DNA from: Synergistota bacterium
GTDB lineage: Bacteria; Synergistota; GBS-1
Reading direction: 5' to 3'
DNA length: 64,000 nucleotides
Assembly: GCA_021159885.1 (NCBI GenBank)
Contig: JAGHDO010000057.1
Coordinates: 1,418 to 65,417, forward strand
Positions within the stretch are counted from its first letter, which is position 1; every line of letters begins with the position of its first letter. The notes beneath the pieces are model-generated. The model did not search any database, was not told the DNA's origin, and worked only from the letters and a program-made list of their open reading frames with translations. The translations under genes and the position numbers were made by a program. This document shows, in pieces, positions 14,089 through 23,740 of the stretch.

Positions 14089-15155
14089 TACACTCGCCTC
14101 CTTTTATAAAATGGAAGATTCACAACCGTGGCTTTCTTCCTTTTTCCCCTAATTTCTACTTCCAGATTCCTCTCCTTTATATTAGGCTTTATATAAGCCA
14201 TTCCTATATATTCCCTTAAGGAAGGAGAATATCCTCCACTTGTTATATATCCGATTTCTTCACCTTCGCAAAACACCTTTTGACCTGGGCGAGGAACCCC
14301 TTTTTCAAGAAGCTTGACACCGATTAGCCTCTTTTCAGGCTTTCTTGTTATTAGTCCGTTTCTTCCAATGAAATCTCTGCCTAAGTCGATGAACTTTTCC
14401 AGACTTGCCTCAATCGGTGTGGTCTCTTCGTTAAGCTCGTGTCCATAAAGAGGCATGCCCGCTTCCATCCTTAGGCTATCTCTCGCTCCCAGCCCGCAGG
14501 GTTTCGCTCCAAGCTCGATCACTTCATCCCAGATCCTTAGGATATGGTTGTTATCCGTATAAACTTCAAAGCCGATCTCTCCGGTATATCCCGTTCTCGA
14601 GACGAGTATAGTGCTCGCTCCGCTTTTTGTCTCTAATCCTTCACGAAAGGAGTAATATTTAAGCTCGCTTAAGGCAAATCCAAAGAGCTTTTCAAATATC
14701 CTGCCAGATTTCGGACCCTGAATCGATATGGCAGATATTTCTTCCGATCGGTTCATAACCTCTGCTTCATTTGTGATGAGCTCCTTTATCCAGTTAAAAT
14801 CCTTTTCTATGTTGCCTGCATTTACCACGAGTAGAAATCTTTCTTCATGAAGTGAATATATTATCAGGTCATCGACTATCCCTCCATTCTCGTTGAGAAG
14901 AAAGGAGTAGGAAGCTCGGCATGGAGTGAGCTTATTTGCGTGAACGGGAGTGATTTTGAGAATGGCATCTTTCGCTCTTTTTCCAGTTATCTCTATCTCA
15001 CCCATATGACTTATGTCGAAGACTCCGACCCCATTTCTAACCTCTAAGTGTTCAGATATTATGCCCTCGTATTGAACGGGCATTTCCCAACCACTGAACT
15101 CTATCATCTTTCCCCCGAGATTAAGATGTCTCTCATAAAGGGGGGTTCTTTTCAT
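14088..15155 (-). CDS. gcvT: Aminomethyltransferase (glycine cleavage T protein)
   Basis: [35 protein letters not shown]. Confidence 0.98.
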   Translation of the reverse strand: MKRTPLYERHLNLGGKMIEFSGWEMPVQYEGIISEHLEVRNGVGVFDISHMGEIEITGKRAKDAILKITPVHANKLTPCRASYSFLLNENGGIVDDLIIYSLHEERFLLVVNAGNIEKDFNWIKELITNEAEVMNRSEEISAISIQGPKSGRIFEKLFGFALSELKYYSFREGLETKSGASTILVSRTGYTGEIGFEVYTDNNHILRIWDEVIELGAKPCGLGARDSLRMEAGMPLYGHELNEETTPIEASLEKFIDLGRDFIGRNGLITRKPEKRLIGVKLLEKGVPRPGQKVFCEGEEIGYITSGGYSPSLREYIGMAYIKPNIKERNLEVEIRGKRKKATVVNLPFYKRRRV

Positions 15156-15585
15156 CTTTCATCATCTCCTTAAGGAGATTTAGTATAGGTAAAGCAGGCT
15201 TAATATCTATTATTGGCGAACCATTGAGGGCATCCAAACCGATAACATCGAGTTCTTTCTCTCGCGTTTCGATTACTCTGACCACCGATACGCCTATGGG
15301 ATTAGGTCTATAAGGGCTACATGTTAAAAAAACACCTCTTTCGGGATTTCTCGGATCTCCCTTAGGATGGACCTTGAGACGATATCCTTTAGCTTTGTGA
15401 AAGACAAAGAGGATCAAAAGCACGTCCCCCTTTTTTAATCCGCTCAATCCCTTGAGAAATTGAGGAAATATAAATATGGTAGAGGGATGCCTCGCTATCT
15501 CTTCAGGCAGGGTGGGGGAATCAAAAGCGTTTTTAACCATGCCTATGGGTTTTAGCTCAAGCGATTTCGACTCTATTTCTCCCAC
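15133..15585 (-). CDS. trmO: TrmO/TsaA-like tRNA methyltransferase domain protein (copy 1)
   Basis: LKPIG, FVFH, GVFLTCSPYRPNPIGVS, LDALNGSPIIDIKP. Confidence 0.85.
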   Translation of the reverse strand: MGEIESKSLELKPIGMVKNAFDSPTLPEEIARHPSTIFIFPQFLKGLSGLKKGDVLLILFVFHKAKGYRLKVHPKGDPRNPERGVFLTCSPYRPNPIGVSVVRVIETREKELDVIGLDALNGSPIIDIKPALPILNLLKEMMKDEKNPPL

Positions 15586-17431
15586 CTTCCTTTGCCCTGT
15601 AGAGGGCTTTGTCAGCTCTTTTTAGAAGCTCCTCCGGCGTAGCTCCATCTTCTGGGAAAGTGGCAACGCCAAAGCTACAGGTTATATTTATTCTGAGAGG
15701 TGGTTCTTCCTTTCTGTATGTAAAGGGGAAGCTCTCTATTTCTTTTCTTAAGCGCTCTGCCACTTTTATAGCATTCTTCTTACTGGCACCTGGAAGTATT
15801 ATGACGAATTCCTCTCCACCATATCTGTAGATGGTATCTTCGGATCTTAGCTTGGAATGAATCAACCTTACTAAGCTTTTAAGAATATAATCTCCAACCT
15901 GATGACCATAGGTATCGTTTATCCTCTTGAAGTGGTCGATATCGAGCATTATTATTGAAATATGCTCCTCTCTTACCCTTGCTTCCTCGAGCTTTTCTGC
16001 GAGATCCGTGTCAAGAGTTCTTCTGTTAAAAGCTCCGGTTAGATGGTCCCTTGAGGATAGCTTTTGCAAAACTTCATTTGCTCTTTCAAGCTGCATCTGA
16101 AGCTCTATTATCTCGCTTATATCTATAAATGAGTGAAGAAAGACCCTCTTTTCGCTGCACATCGATGACTTCAAAATTACGTGTATATTTTCGCCCGTTT
16201 CCTTTCTGAACCTAATTTGGCAGTCTTCTTGGGTTCCCCTTCTAACGTTAGCGATATATTTCGAGAAGATAGGTCTATCCTCTGGGTGTATAAGATCGCT
16301 TATGGATCTCCCGATGAGTTCCTCTTCTTTCTTTCCTGTAAGCTCTGAGAAGGAGCGATTTACGCTCGTTATAGTGTGTCCATCGCCAGAGCATATCGCT
16401 ATTCCCACCTGAGCGGTTTCCCATGTTAAAAGAAGAAAACTCACTTCCCTTCTTAAGCGGTGTGTTAAGAGAGCAGCGAGTAATAAGCTGAGCAGAGCTC
16501 CCGCTCCGACGATCGTTCCCACGACGGTATTCATTCTTCTGATTTTTTCCCTGACATCTTCCTCATACACTGTGGCTAATACATACCATTTCAAAGGCCT
16601 GTAATATCTCACAAAGCCAAGTTTCCTTACGATGCTTTTCCCATCGGGGGAATACCAGAGATAACTGAAAACGTGCTTCTTTTTCTTTGCTGCTTCCTTA
16701 ATAAGATTCAACATGGATCTCCCTCTTTCAGGTTCTGGTGGAATCTTTTTACCCTCGAGCTTTGGATTTGGATGAAGGAGTATCTTGCCGTCTTCAGAGA
16801 GGATTGCGATATATCCGGTTTTCTCAAGTTTTATGCCCTTTAGGGCATTTCTCAAGTTGAAAATAGATTGATAGTATCTTACCTTGAAATCTTCCTCGAG
16901 CCTCTCCAAGGAGTAGGTAGACATTGCTATCCATCCCATTTTGGGGTAGTGCTTGAAATAGAGAAGATATGGATGCCCCTCGCTCCTAAACTGCATAAAG
17001 GTTTCTCCAGAGATCTTGGCGCTTTTGATACCCTTCTTTATAAGCTCGGGGGGAAAGATGCTTTTCCCCCCGAGAATCTTTTTTCCAGTTTCATCATATA
17101 TAAAGAGCTTTATATTCCTAAGGTTTTGAATGGCTCTTTCCTTGTTTATTTTCCCTCTCACCTTCTTTATGAGCGCTACGGCTGATAGAGTAAAGCTTTT
17201 CAGATCCTTGTGTATTTCCATTAGCCTTGATTGTTTTTCCTGGTATAGGTTTTCAAACTGCAGATCTATGAGTCTTATGGTACTGTTTAAGATGGCGTTT
17301 ATAAGTCTCTCTTCCGCGGAATATACCGTGTCTCTTATCGATGACAGAACTGGTATCAGTATTATGGGAATGGTTATTAAGACTATAATACCTCCGATTA
17401 CAACTATGCTTAAGGATAGCGCTTTCCTCAC
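15557..17431 (-). CDS. Membrane sensor diguanylate cyclase (Cache-like sensor, PAS, GGDEF)
   Basis: Two TM segments, GYIAILSEDGKILLHP (Cache), LIHPEDR (PAS), DIDHFKRINDTYGHQVGD, RSED I-site, GGEEF. Confidence 0.92.
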   Translation of the reverse strand: MRKALSLSIVVIGGIIVLITIPIILIPVLSSIRDTVYSAEERLINAILNSTIRLIDLQFENLYQEKQSRLMEIHKDLKSFTLSAVALIKKVRGKINKERAIQNLRNIKLFIYDETGKKILGGKSIFPPELIKKGIKSAKISGETFMQFRSEGHPYLLYFKHYPKMGWIAMSTYSLERLEEDFKVRYYQSIFNLRNALKGIKLEKTGYIAILSEDGKILLHPNPKLEGKKIPPEPERGRSMLNLIKEAAKKKKHVFSYLWYSPDGKSIVRKLGFVRYYRPLKWYVLATVYEEDVREKIRRMNTVVGTIVGAGALLSLLLAALLTHRLRREVSFLLLTWETAQVGIAICSGDGHTITSVNRSFSELTGKKEEELIGRSISDLIHPEDRPIFSKYIANVRRGTQEDCQIRFRKETGENIHVILKSSMCSEKRVFLHSFIDISEIIELQMQLERANEVLQKLSSRDHLTGAFNRRTLDTDLAEKLEEARVREEHISIIMLDIDHFKRINDTYGHQVGDYILKSLVRLIHSKLRSEDTIYRYGGEEFVIILPGASKKNAIKVAERLRKEIESFPFTYRKEEPPLRINITCSFGVATFPEDGATPEELLKRADKALYRAKEGGRNRVEIA

Positions 17432-17946
17432 TTACTTTCACACCCTCTTAGGAAGCTTTTTAAAGCTTTCCTATAAAACTTCTTTAGCTCTTCTTTGGAA
17501 TGTTTTTTGTTTCTTCTACACTCTATCCATGATAGGTCACATAAGAAGCATTTTCTTTCCTCTAAGCCGAGGTCTCTACGCGAGATTTTGCTTCCATCCG
17601 CTTTCAACACATCAATGTCAAGGAGTCTTCCTATGGGGTGTTTTTCCTCCAGCTCTATGGTTATTTTCTTGACCCGCGTTGGATCACCTCGCACGCCAGC
17701 TACAAAATATGGATACGCTCCTTCATTTTTAAAGAGAATTTCATTGAAAGCTATTCCTGCTCGCTCGAGAGCGAGCAGGACATCGCTTACAATTAGTGCC
17801 AGTGCCTTAAAAGTTTCAGGGTCCCTTTTAGTTTCACCAGGCGAGTTAAGGGTAACGCTTATTGCGCTTCCTTTACTTCGTAGTGCTATCTTAAGGGCGT
17901 TTTTCCACTTTTCCTCTCTTGTTTTTAAAACCTCCTCAAGATTCAT
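17428..17946 (-). CDS. citX: Apo-citrate lyase phosphoribosyl-dephospho-CoA transferase
   Basis: LNSPG, EEKHPIGRLLDIDV, SRRDLG, RKCFLC...C...H. Confidence 0.93.
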   Translation of the reverse strand: MNLEEVLKTREEKWKNALKIALRSKGSAISVTLNSPGETKRDPETFKALALIVSDVLLALERAGIAFNEILFKNEGAYPYFVAGVRGDPTRVKKITIELEEKHPIGRLLDIDVLKADGSKISRRDLGLEERKCFLCDLSWIECRRNKKHSKEELKKFYRKALKSFLRGCESK

Positions 17947-19483
17947 CTTCTATTCCGTAAACTACATCTATGACCGTTCCGTCTCTGTACTCTATAACTC
18001 CTATGATCTGATCTTTGAGTCTTAAAGGCTCGGGCTTTCCGACGAGCTTTATTGCCTTATCGAGTAGTTCCTCTATCGACACTATAGGAAGTTTTGCCTC
18101 CTTTGCTCTATTTAAAAGGTCTTGTCTTTTAGGATTTATGGCAACTCCATATTCACACACGAAGGCATCTATGGTCTCGCCGGGAGTGGTGACTGTCAGG
18201 ACCTTTTCGACCACCGTGGGAATCCTTCCCCTTATGAGCGGGCTTACTATGATGGTTAGCTTTGAACCGGCTGCGGTGTCGGAGTGCCCGCCCGTGCCGT
18301 GCGTCAAGGCGCCGTCTACTTCGGTATTGACATTGACGTTAAAGCTTGGGTCTATTTCAGTCGCGCCGAGTATAACGCAATCGAGCTTATTCACCAGGCA
18401 TCCAGCGTTATGCGGATTCGCATAAAAGCTTGCTGAGATTTCAACATGTTCATTATTTCTGAGAAGGGATCTAACCGCCTCGAGGTCAAAGCACTGGACG
18501 TCAAATAAGGTCTTGAAAACACCATCTTCGAGCATCTTTACAAAGTAGCTCGTTATTCCTCCCAGACCAAAACTTCCTTTTATCTTTTTCTCGATCATTT
18601 TTTCTCTTACAAAGCGTGCTACCGCCAAGGATATGCCTCCTGCTCCCGTTTGGAAGGAAAAGCCATCCTTGAGCAGCCCTGACGCTTCTATAAGGTCGGC
18701 GGCGTTCTTTGCTATCTTCAATCTCATGGGATCTCGCGTTATTCGCGTCGTTCCCGATACTATCCCCTTGGGGTCACCAAGATGCTCAACCTCAACGACA
18801 TAGTCGACATATATCTGGGGTATAGAGATTGGGGTGAGGGGAAAGTCCACGAGATTATCCGTTATTGCTACTACTTGGTCAGCAAACATTGCGTCCGTGA
18901 ACGCGTACCCGAGAGATCCGCAGCTCGAGGGACCCATAACGCCGTTTAAGTTCCCGTAATGGTCGGCTGCGGGAGCCGCTATAAAGGCGACATCTATGTG
19001 AAGATCTCCGTCTTCTATGGCTCTCGCTCTTCCTCCATGACTTCTGAATACTACAGGGTATTCCATTACCCCTTTTGAGATGGCTCTTCCGAGGGGACCA
19101 TTTATATTACCGTAGATCCTTGAAATTGTTCCCTTCCTGATATACTTTTCGAGCTCTCTATGTGTGGGGAAGAGAGCGGTGGGGACGAGGGTTATATCCT
19201 TTATGCCAAGCTTATCTATTGCTTCAACGACTTGGAGAACGACTCTATCTCCGTTCCTCAGATGGTGATGGAAGGATATACTCATCCCGTCCTTGAGCTC
19301 AACGGCTTTGATTACATCCTCCAGGGATTTTACCACCTTTGATGTCCGGGTTGGATAGGTGGCTTTCTTTGGGGGAGATGCCTTTCTTCCAGATGGTATA
19401 TGCTTTCCAACTCCCTTAAAGGGAATAGTCTTACCATATCCTTTTATTTCCTCTGGGATTTCTCTTCCTACGGCGTTTCTCAA
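17936..19483 (-). CDS. citF: Citrate lyase alpha subunit
   Basis: MRNAVGREIP, SFHHHLRNGD, SHGGRARA, QTGAGG, GGHSDTA, EYRDGTVIDVV. Confidence 0.98.
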   Translation of the reverse strand: MRNAVGREIPEEIKGYGKTIPFKGVGKHIPSGRKASPPKKATYPTRTSKVVKSLEDVIKAVELKDGMSISFHHHLRNGDRVVLQVVEAIDKLGIKDITLVPTALFPTHRELEKYIRKGTISRIYGNINGPLGRAISKGVMEYPVVFRSHGGRARAIEDGDLHIDVAFIAAPAADHYGNLNGVMGPSSCGSLGYAFTDAMFADQVVAITDNLVDFPLTPISIPQIYVDYVVEVEHLGDPKGIVSGTTRITRDPMRLKIAKNAADLIEASGLLKDGFSFQTGAGGISLAVARFVREKMIEKKIKGSFGLGGITSYFVKMLEDGVFKTLFDVQCFDLEAVRSLLRNNEHVEISASFYANPHNAGCLVNKLDCVILGATEIDPSFNVNVNTEVDGALTHGTGGHSDTAAGSKLTIIVSPLIRGRIPTVVEKVLTVTTPGETIDAFVCEYGVAINPKRQDLLNRAKEAKLPIVSIEELLDKAIKLVGKPEPLRLKDQIIGVIEYRDGTVIDVVYGIEDES

Positions 19484-19487
19484 GGCT

Positions 19488-20363
19488 CTACACCTCCTCG
19501 GTTAGTTCTCCGGCTAAAAAGAGTGTTCTCTTTGCTCTTGCGACGACGGGAGCGTCTATCATTCTTCCATCGAGAGCTACAACGCCACTCTTTCTTTCCA
19601 TTGCTTCCTTATAAGCTTTTATTATCCTGCGAGCTTTTTCTACTTCTTCCTTAGCTGGTGTGAATACTTGGTGTATTGGCTCTATTTGGTTCGGATGTAT
19701 GACCGATTTACCATCGAAACCAAGTTGCTTTATAAGCTTAGTTTCCTCAATTAGTCCTTCAGTATCGTTTATATCGGGGAATACGGTATCGAGAGCGTCG
19801 ACTCCAGCCACTCTCGCGGCTAATACTATCTGAGAGCGGGCATAAAATAGCTCCTCTCCACTTTTGGTTCTATTTGTTCTCATAGATGCGGTGTAGTCCT
19901 CTGCTCCGAAAACTAAAGCGGTTATCCTCTTCGATGCGGTTGCTATCTCGTAAGCGTTAAATACACCCTTTGCCGTCTCGAGTATTGCGAAGAGTTTAAC
20001 GCTTCCAACTTCTATCCCATTTTTCTCCTCTATTTCGCTGATTAACTCATCTATTCTTTTTATTTCCTCTGCTGATTCACACTTTGGCATTCTTATACCA
20101 TCCGGCTTACATGGGACTATTTCTCGCAAGTCATCCAATCCGTACGGGGTATCGATATGGTTGACTCTTACCGTGACCTCGCATTTGCCGAAGTCATGCG
20201 ATAATAAAAAGTGCTTAACAAGGTTCCTTGCTGCATCTTTTTCGTTTATCGATACCGAGTCCTCAAGGTCGAGTATTATTCCATCTGCTCCAAATATTCC
20301 TGCGGAGCCCATGAGTCCGGGATTATTGCCTGGAACATACATCATCGTTCTTCTGAGTCTCAT
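19488..20363 (-). CDS. citE: Citrate lyase beta subunit
   Basis: RRTMMYVPG, DLEDSV, GAEDY, GFDGKSVIHP. Confidence 0.96.
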   Translation of the reverse strand: MRLRRTMMYVPGNNPGLMGSAGIFGADGIILDLEDSVSINEKDAARNLVKHFLLSHDFGKCEVTVRVNHIDTPYGLDDLREIVPCKPDGIRMPKCESAEEIKRIDELISEIEEKNGIEVGSVKLFAILETAKGVFNAYEIATASKRITALVFGAEDYTASMRTNRTKSGEELFYARSQIVLAARVAGVDALDTVFPDINDTEGLIEETKLIKQLGFDGKSVIHPNQIEPIHQVFTPAKEEVEKARRIIKAYKEAMERKSGVVALDGRMIDAPVVARAKRTLFLAGELTEEV

Positions 20364-20632
20364 TTTCCCTCTCCCCTCCTGAGCCTCAAAATCGCAGTTT
20401 CCAGGCGTGCCCTTAGAGTTGGATCCAGAGCTCCGTTGTCTTGAACCTGAACTTCGATATCCTTTTCCCCGAGGGAAGAAAGCGCTTCCTCGATTAGCTT
20501 CCTTATGTGTTCGCCAAATCTATACTTGCTCGTCCCTTCAATGCTAATCTTTACTCCGCTTCCCTCAGGTTGCTCCCGGACGGTGATTAACGCATCGCAC
20601 GACTCCAGGCTTCCGGCTTGAGCCACCCTCAT
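20360..20632 (-). CDS. citD: Citrate lyase acyl carrier protein (gamma subunit)
   Basis: AGSLESCD, DNGALD..LRARLETA. Confidence 0.96.
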   Translation of the reverse strand: MRVAQAGSLESCDALITVREQPEGSGVKISIEGTSKYRFGEHIRKLIEEALSSLGEKDIEVQVQDNGALDPTLRARLETAILRLRRGEGK

Positions 20633-20652
20633 TTTTCTCCATCCCTCCCTCT

Positions 20653-21705
20653 TTAGTGCCTACTTTTGCTTTTCTTGATTCTCTCTATGATCGGCTTTGC
20701 CTCTTCCGAGATGAGAAACTCATAAGTGGTCATTGGAACAAATCTTTTTATATCTTCCCATGCGTCTTTTCTTATTAGGTCTCTGACTGTGGATGCGCTT
20801 ATAATTTCTCCTTTTTCGGTTCTCCTCCTCGGAATCTCAATGAGCTCTATTCCATGTTTGGGGAGAATTTCCTTCATGGCTTTATTAAACTGCGCGGTGA
20901 CTGGGCAGTATGGTTCCTCGGCAACGAATCTCTTCCTTATTCCTAACGCTGGGGCTATGTATTTTGCGAATATGGAAACATCGAGTCTTGCTTGTGAAAG
21001 GGCTATTTCCAGCGATTCTCTACCTCTCAAAAAATAAGAGGGAAAGGTAGCGGATGATACTGCATAATCTCCACCTTTAAGCACTTTGACGTTTTTAAGA
21101 TGTTTAGTTCCTTCTCTTACCAGCTTATATCTAACTTTAAAGGGAAAAAGCGATCGTTCCTCTTCTACCACTATTATGTAAACAAACTCGCTTCTGGAAG
21201 CTGCGGTTTCTATGAGATGTTGATGTCCTAAGGTGAAGGGATTGCAGTTAACTACGCATCCAGAGGCATCTTTAACGTTCTCTACTCTATTTTCTCTGAG
21301 GTAGCTTATATAGTCATCTATTCCACCTATACCGCCCTCAAGCAGCACGAAGAGGGGCTCTCCTTTTGCTAATTCTCTGAATCCGAGCTCTTTGAATCTC
21401 TCTGCTCCCTCCGGCGAGGTAAAGATGAAGTAGTGGAATCTTCCCCTATTCCTTAACTCTTCTATAAGGGTGCTGACTATCTTTCCCGCCAGTCCGGCTT
21501 CCTGATAGTCAGGATCCACCCCTATGCATTTTAGGACCTTGCCTTCAAATGAACCTGTTCCAACGATTTCTCCTCTTGAATTTTTTAAAGCTAATGTATA
21601 TTCTACTCCCTCCTCAAGCTGTAAGCCGAGTTTTTCAAGAAAGCGCTTTATTTCTTTTCTCTCTTCAGGATTGTGCAGATCTACTTCCTTAATGGTGAAT
21701 TCCAT
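20653..21705 (-). CDS. citC: [Citrate (pro-3S)-lyase] ligase
   Basis: GNAT-like N-terminus, NCNPFTLGH, SSATFPSYF, EEPYCPVT, ISASTVR. Confidence 0.97.
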   Translation of the reverse strand: MEFTIKEVDLHNPEERKEIKRFLEKLGLQLEEGVEYTLALKNSRGEIVGTGSFEGKVLKCIGVDPDYQEAGLAGKIVSTLIEELRNRGRFHYFIFTSPEGAERFKELGFRELAKGEPLFVLLEGGIGGIDDYISYLRENRVENVKDASGCVVNCNPFTLGHQHLIETAASRSEFVYIIVVEEERSLFPFKVRYKLVREGTKHLKNVKVLKGGDYAVSSATFPSYFLRGRESLEIALSQARLDVSIFAKYIAPALGIRKRFVAEEPYCPVTAQFNKAMKEILPKHGIELIEIPRRRTEKGEIISASTVRDLIRKDAWEDIKRFVPMTTYEFLISEEAKPIIERIKKSKSRH

Positions 21706-21725
21706 GGGCTATCACCTCAAAACAT

Positions 21726-21754
21726 ATTATAAATTAGCTTGAGTGAGCTTTCAA
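21726..21754 (-). promoter_or_regulatory. sigma70 promoter of the cit operon
   Basis: TTGAAA-N17-TATAAT on the minus strand, then GAGGTG SD. Confidence 0.7.
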
Positions 21755-21761
21755 TTGGTAT

Positions 21762-21790
21762 TTTACAGAGAGCTATATCTATGTTAAAAT
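21762..21790 (+). promoter_or_regulatory. sigma70 promoter of the asparaginase operon
   Basis: TTTACA-N17-TAAAAT with TG extended -10. Confidence 0.6.
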
Positions 21791-21816
21791 TTCTTTGAAA
21801 AAGGAGGTGTTCAAGG

Positions 21817-22785
21817 ATAGGGGAAAGCAGGATTGCCGTTATAACCACGGGTGGTACGATATCTATGGAAGATACTGAGGGAGAAGGGCTAATGCCGGTC
21901 CTAAGGGGGAGTGATCTTCTCGCTGATTTACCTCTTCCCGCTGGCGTTTCTGAGATTGAGGTGAAGGATTGGAAAACCGTCCCTTCGAGTCATCTTCGAG
22001 TTAAGGATGTCATTGATCTCGCTAAGCTGATTAGAGAGCTATCTCAGAGCTTTGATGGAATAGTCGTGGTTCAGGGGACAGATACGCTTGAGGAGATATC
22101 CTATATGATTGACTTGCTTTATGGCGGATCCGCACCAGTTGTCTTTACGGGTGCTATGTATCCTCCTCGCTTCATAGGAAGCGATGCTAAGAGAAACCTA
22201 TTTAACGCAATTAGAGTAGCTTCTTGTTTCGATGCTATAGGTCAAGGAGCGCTTGTGGTTATGAACGATGAGGTACATTCAGCTGTTGAGGTTATTAAGC
22301 TTAAATCTTTTGGAGTAGATGCTTTTTCCTCCTTGCCTTTTGGCCCCATAGGGGTTATAACGCCTAAAGGAGTAGAGTTTAGGAGGAAGCTCCTTAAAAG
22401 GGAGTTCTATGAAACCGAAGATCTTGAGGAGAAAGTTGCTTTAGTAAAGACCTGCTTTTCCATGAATCCAGATACGCTTGATCTTTTCATCTCTTCTGGT
22501 TATAAGGGTATAGTTCTGGAAGCGATGGGATGTGGAAATGTTCCTCCCGTTCTCGTTCCTTCAATAAGAGAGGCGATTCGCAATGGTATCCCGGTGGTTT
22601 TATCCAGCAGATGCTCAGGCTCTGACATCGTTCCGATATATGGGTATGAGGGGGGGAGTCTTTATCTTGTAAGGGAAGGGGTCATATCAGCAGGCAGGCT
22701 TAACGGCTTGAAGGCCAGGATAAAGCTTATGGTCCTTCTGGGTATAACCAGGGACCTCGAGGAGTTAAAGGAGAGGTTTTCTTAG
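21817..22785 (+). CDS. ansA: L-asparaginase (probable non-canonical ATA start)
   Basis: IAVITTGGTISM lies upstream of the track ATG (21865); QGTDTLEE, TGAM, GCGNVP, KARIKLM. Confidence 0.9.
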   Translation: MGESRIAVITTGGTISMEDTEGEGLMPVLRGSDLLADLPLPAGVSEIEVKDWKTVPSSHLRVKDVIDLAKLIRELSQSFDGIVVVQGTDTLEEISYMIDLLYGGSAPVVFTGAMYPPRFIGSDAKRNLFNAIRVASCFDAIGQGALVVMNDEVHSAVEVIKLKSFGVDAFSSLPFGPIGVITPKGVEFRRKLLKREFYETEDLEEKVALVKTCFSMNPDTLDLFISSGYKGIVLEAMGCGNVPPVLVPSIREAIRNGIPVVLSSRCSGSDIVPIYGYEGGSLYLVREGVISAGRLNGLKARIKLMVLLGITRDLEELKERFS

Positions 22786-22804
22786 AAAGAGAGGTGTTTT
22801 CTAA

Positions 22805-23737
22805 GTGAAGGATAAGTTCGTAGGGGCTATATTGGGGCTTGCGATAGGGGATGCTCTGGGCATGCCTTTTGAGGGATGGACATCGAGAGACATAAGGAAG
22901 AAATGGGACAGGAAAAGCTTTCTCTCAAGAGCTGGCCTAAAACCTGGACAGTTTACGGATGATACTATGCTTGCTATCCTTCATGCGGAGAGCCTTATAG
23001 ATAAGGGAGATGTTGATCCAGGGGATATCGCGAGGAAATTCGTAGACTGGTACAAGAAAGGCGATACCCGCGGTATGGGAAAGATCACAACCGAGGCTGT
23101 AGAAAAGCTTCTTAAGGGAATCTCATGGAAAGAAAGTGGAATAGGAGGAGAGATGGCTGCGAGCAATGGAGGTGCCATGAGGATAGCTCCGGTTGCTCTT
23201 TTCTTCCATGATGACCTTAATTTACTTAAGGAGAAAGTTAAACTCGCGGTTGAAATTACGCATAAAAACCCTGAGGCGGTTAAGGGAGCGCAGGCAGTTG
23301 CTTATGCTGTTGCCCTTGCATGCAGAGGGGATGTTAATCCGAATATTCTTCTGAGGGAAACCGCTAAGTATATTGGTGAGTCTGAACTTGCTAAGAAGCT
23401 TGAGAAAGCACAGGGGTATCTCGGAGAGGGTTTTCCTCCGATGGATGCCTTACCGCTTCTCGGGATAAGCGCTTACGTGGTTGAAAGCGTTCCAAGTGCC
23501 CTTTACTGCTTTGCTTTTTCTCCTGATAGCTATCTTGGAAGCGTCGTTAATGCGGTTATGGCAGGTGGAGATACGGATACCATAGCGGCTATAGCGGGAG
23601 CGATAAGCGGTGCTTTTAACGGTGTAGGCGGTATACCGGAGAAATGGTTAAATGGCATTGAGAGAAAAGACTACCTTGTTTCCCTTGGGGAAAAGCTTTA
23701 TGAGGCTTGGAATGAAAAGAGGGGAGGAAGAGCTTAA
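22805..23737 (+). CDS. ADP-ribosylglycohydrolase (DraG/ARH family)
   Basis: GDALG, TDDT, NGGAMRIAP, ITH, GGDTDTIAAIAGA. Confidence 0.95.
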   Translation: MKDKFVGAILGLAIGDALGMPFEGWTSRDIRKKWDRKSFLSRAGLKPGQFTDDTMLAILHAESLIDKGDVDPGDIARKFVDWYKKGDTRGMGKITTEAVEKLLKGISWKESGIGGEMAASNGGAMRIAPVALFFHDDLNLLKEKVKLAVEITHKNPEAVKGAQAVAYAVALACRGDVNPNILLRETAKYIGESELAKKLEKAQGYLGEGFPPMDALPLLGISAYVVESVPSALYCFAFSPDSYLGSVVNAVMAGGDTDTIAAIAGAISGAFNGVGGIPEKWLNGIERKDYLVSLGEKLYEAWNEKRGGRA

Positions 23738-23740
23738 AGC

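Noticed and set aside
15133-15200. Glycine riboswitch before gcvT
   Set aside because: gcvT overlaps the upstream gene, leaving no leader
13616-18425. Long plus-strand ORFs (178, 180, 176, 136 aa)
   Set aside because: Antisense to well-supported gcvH, DGC, citX and citF; Ser/Leu/Phe-rich with no motifs
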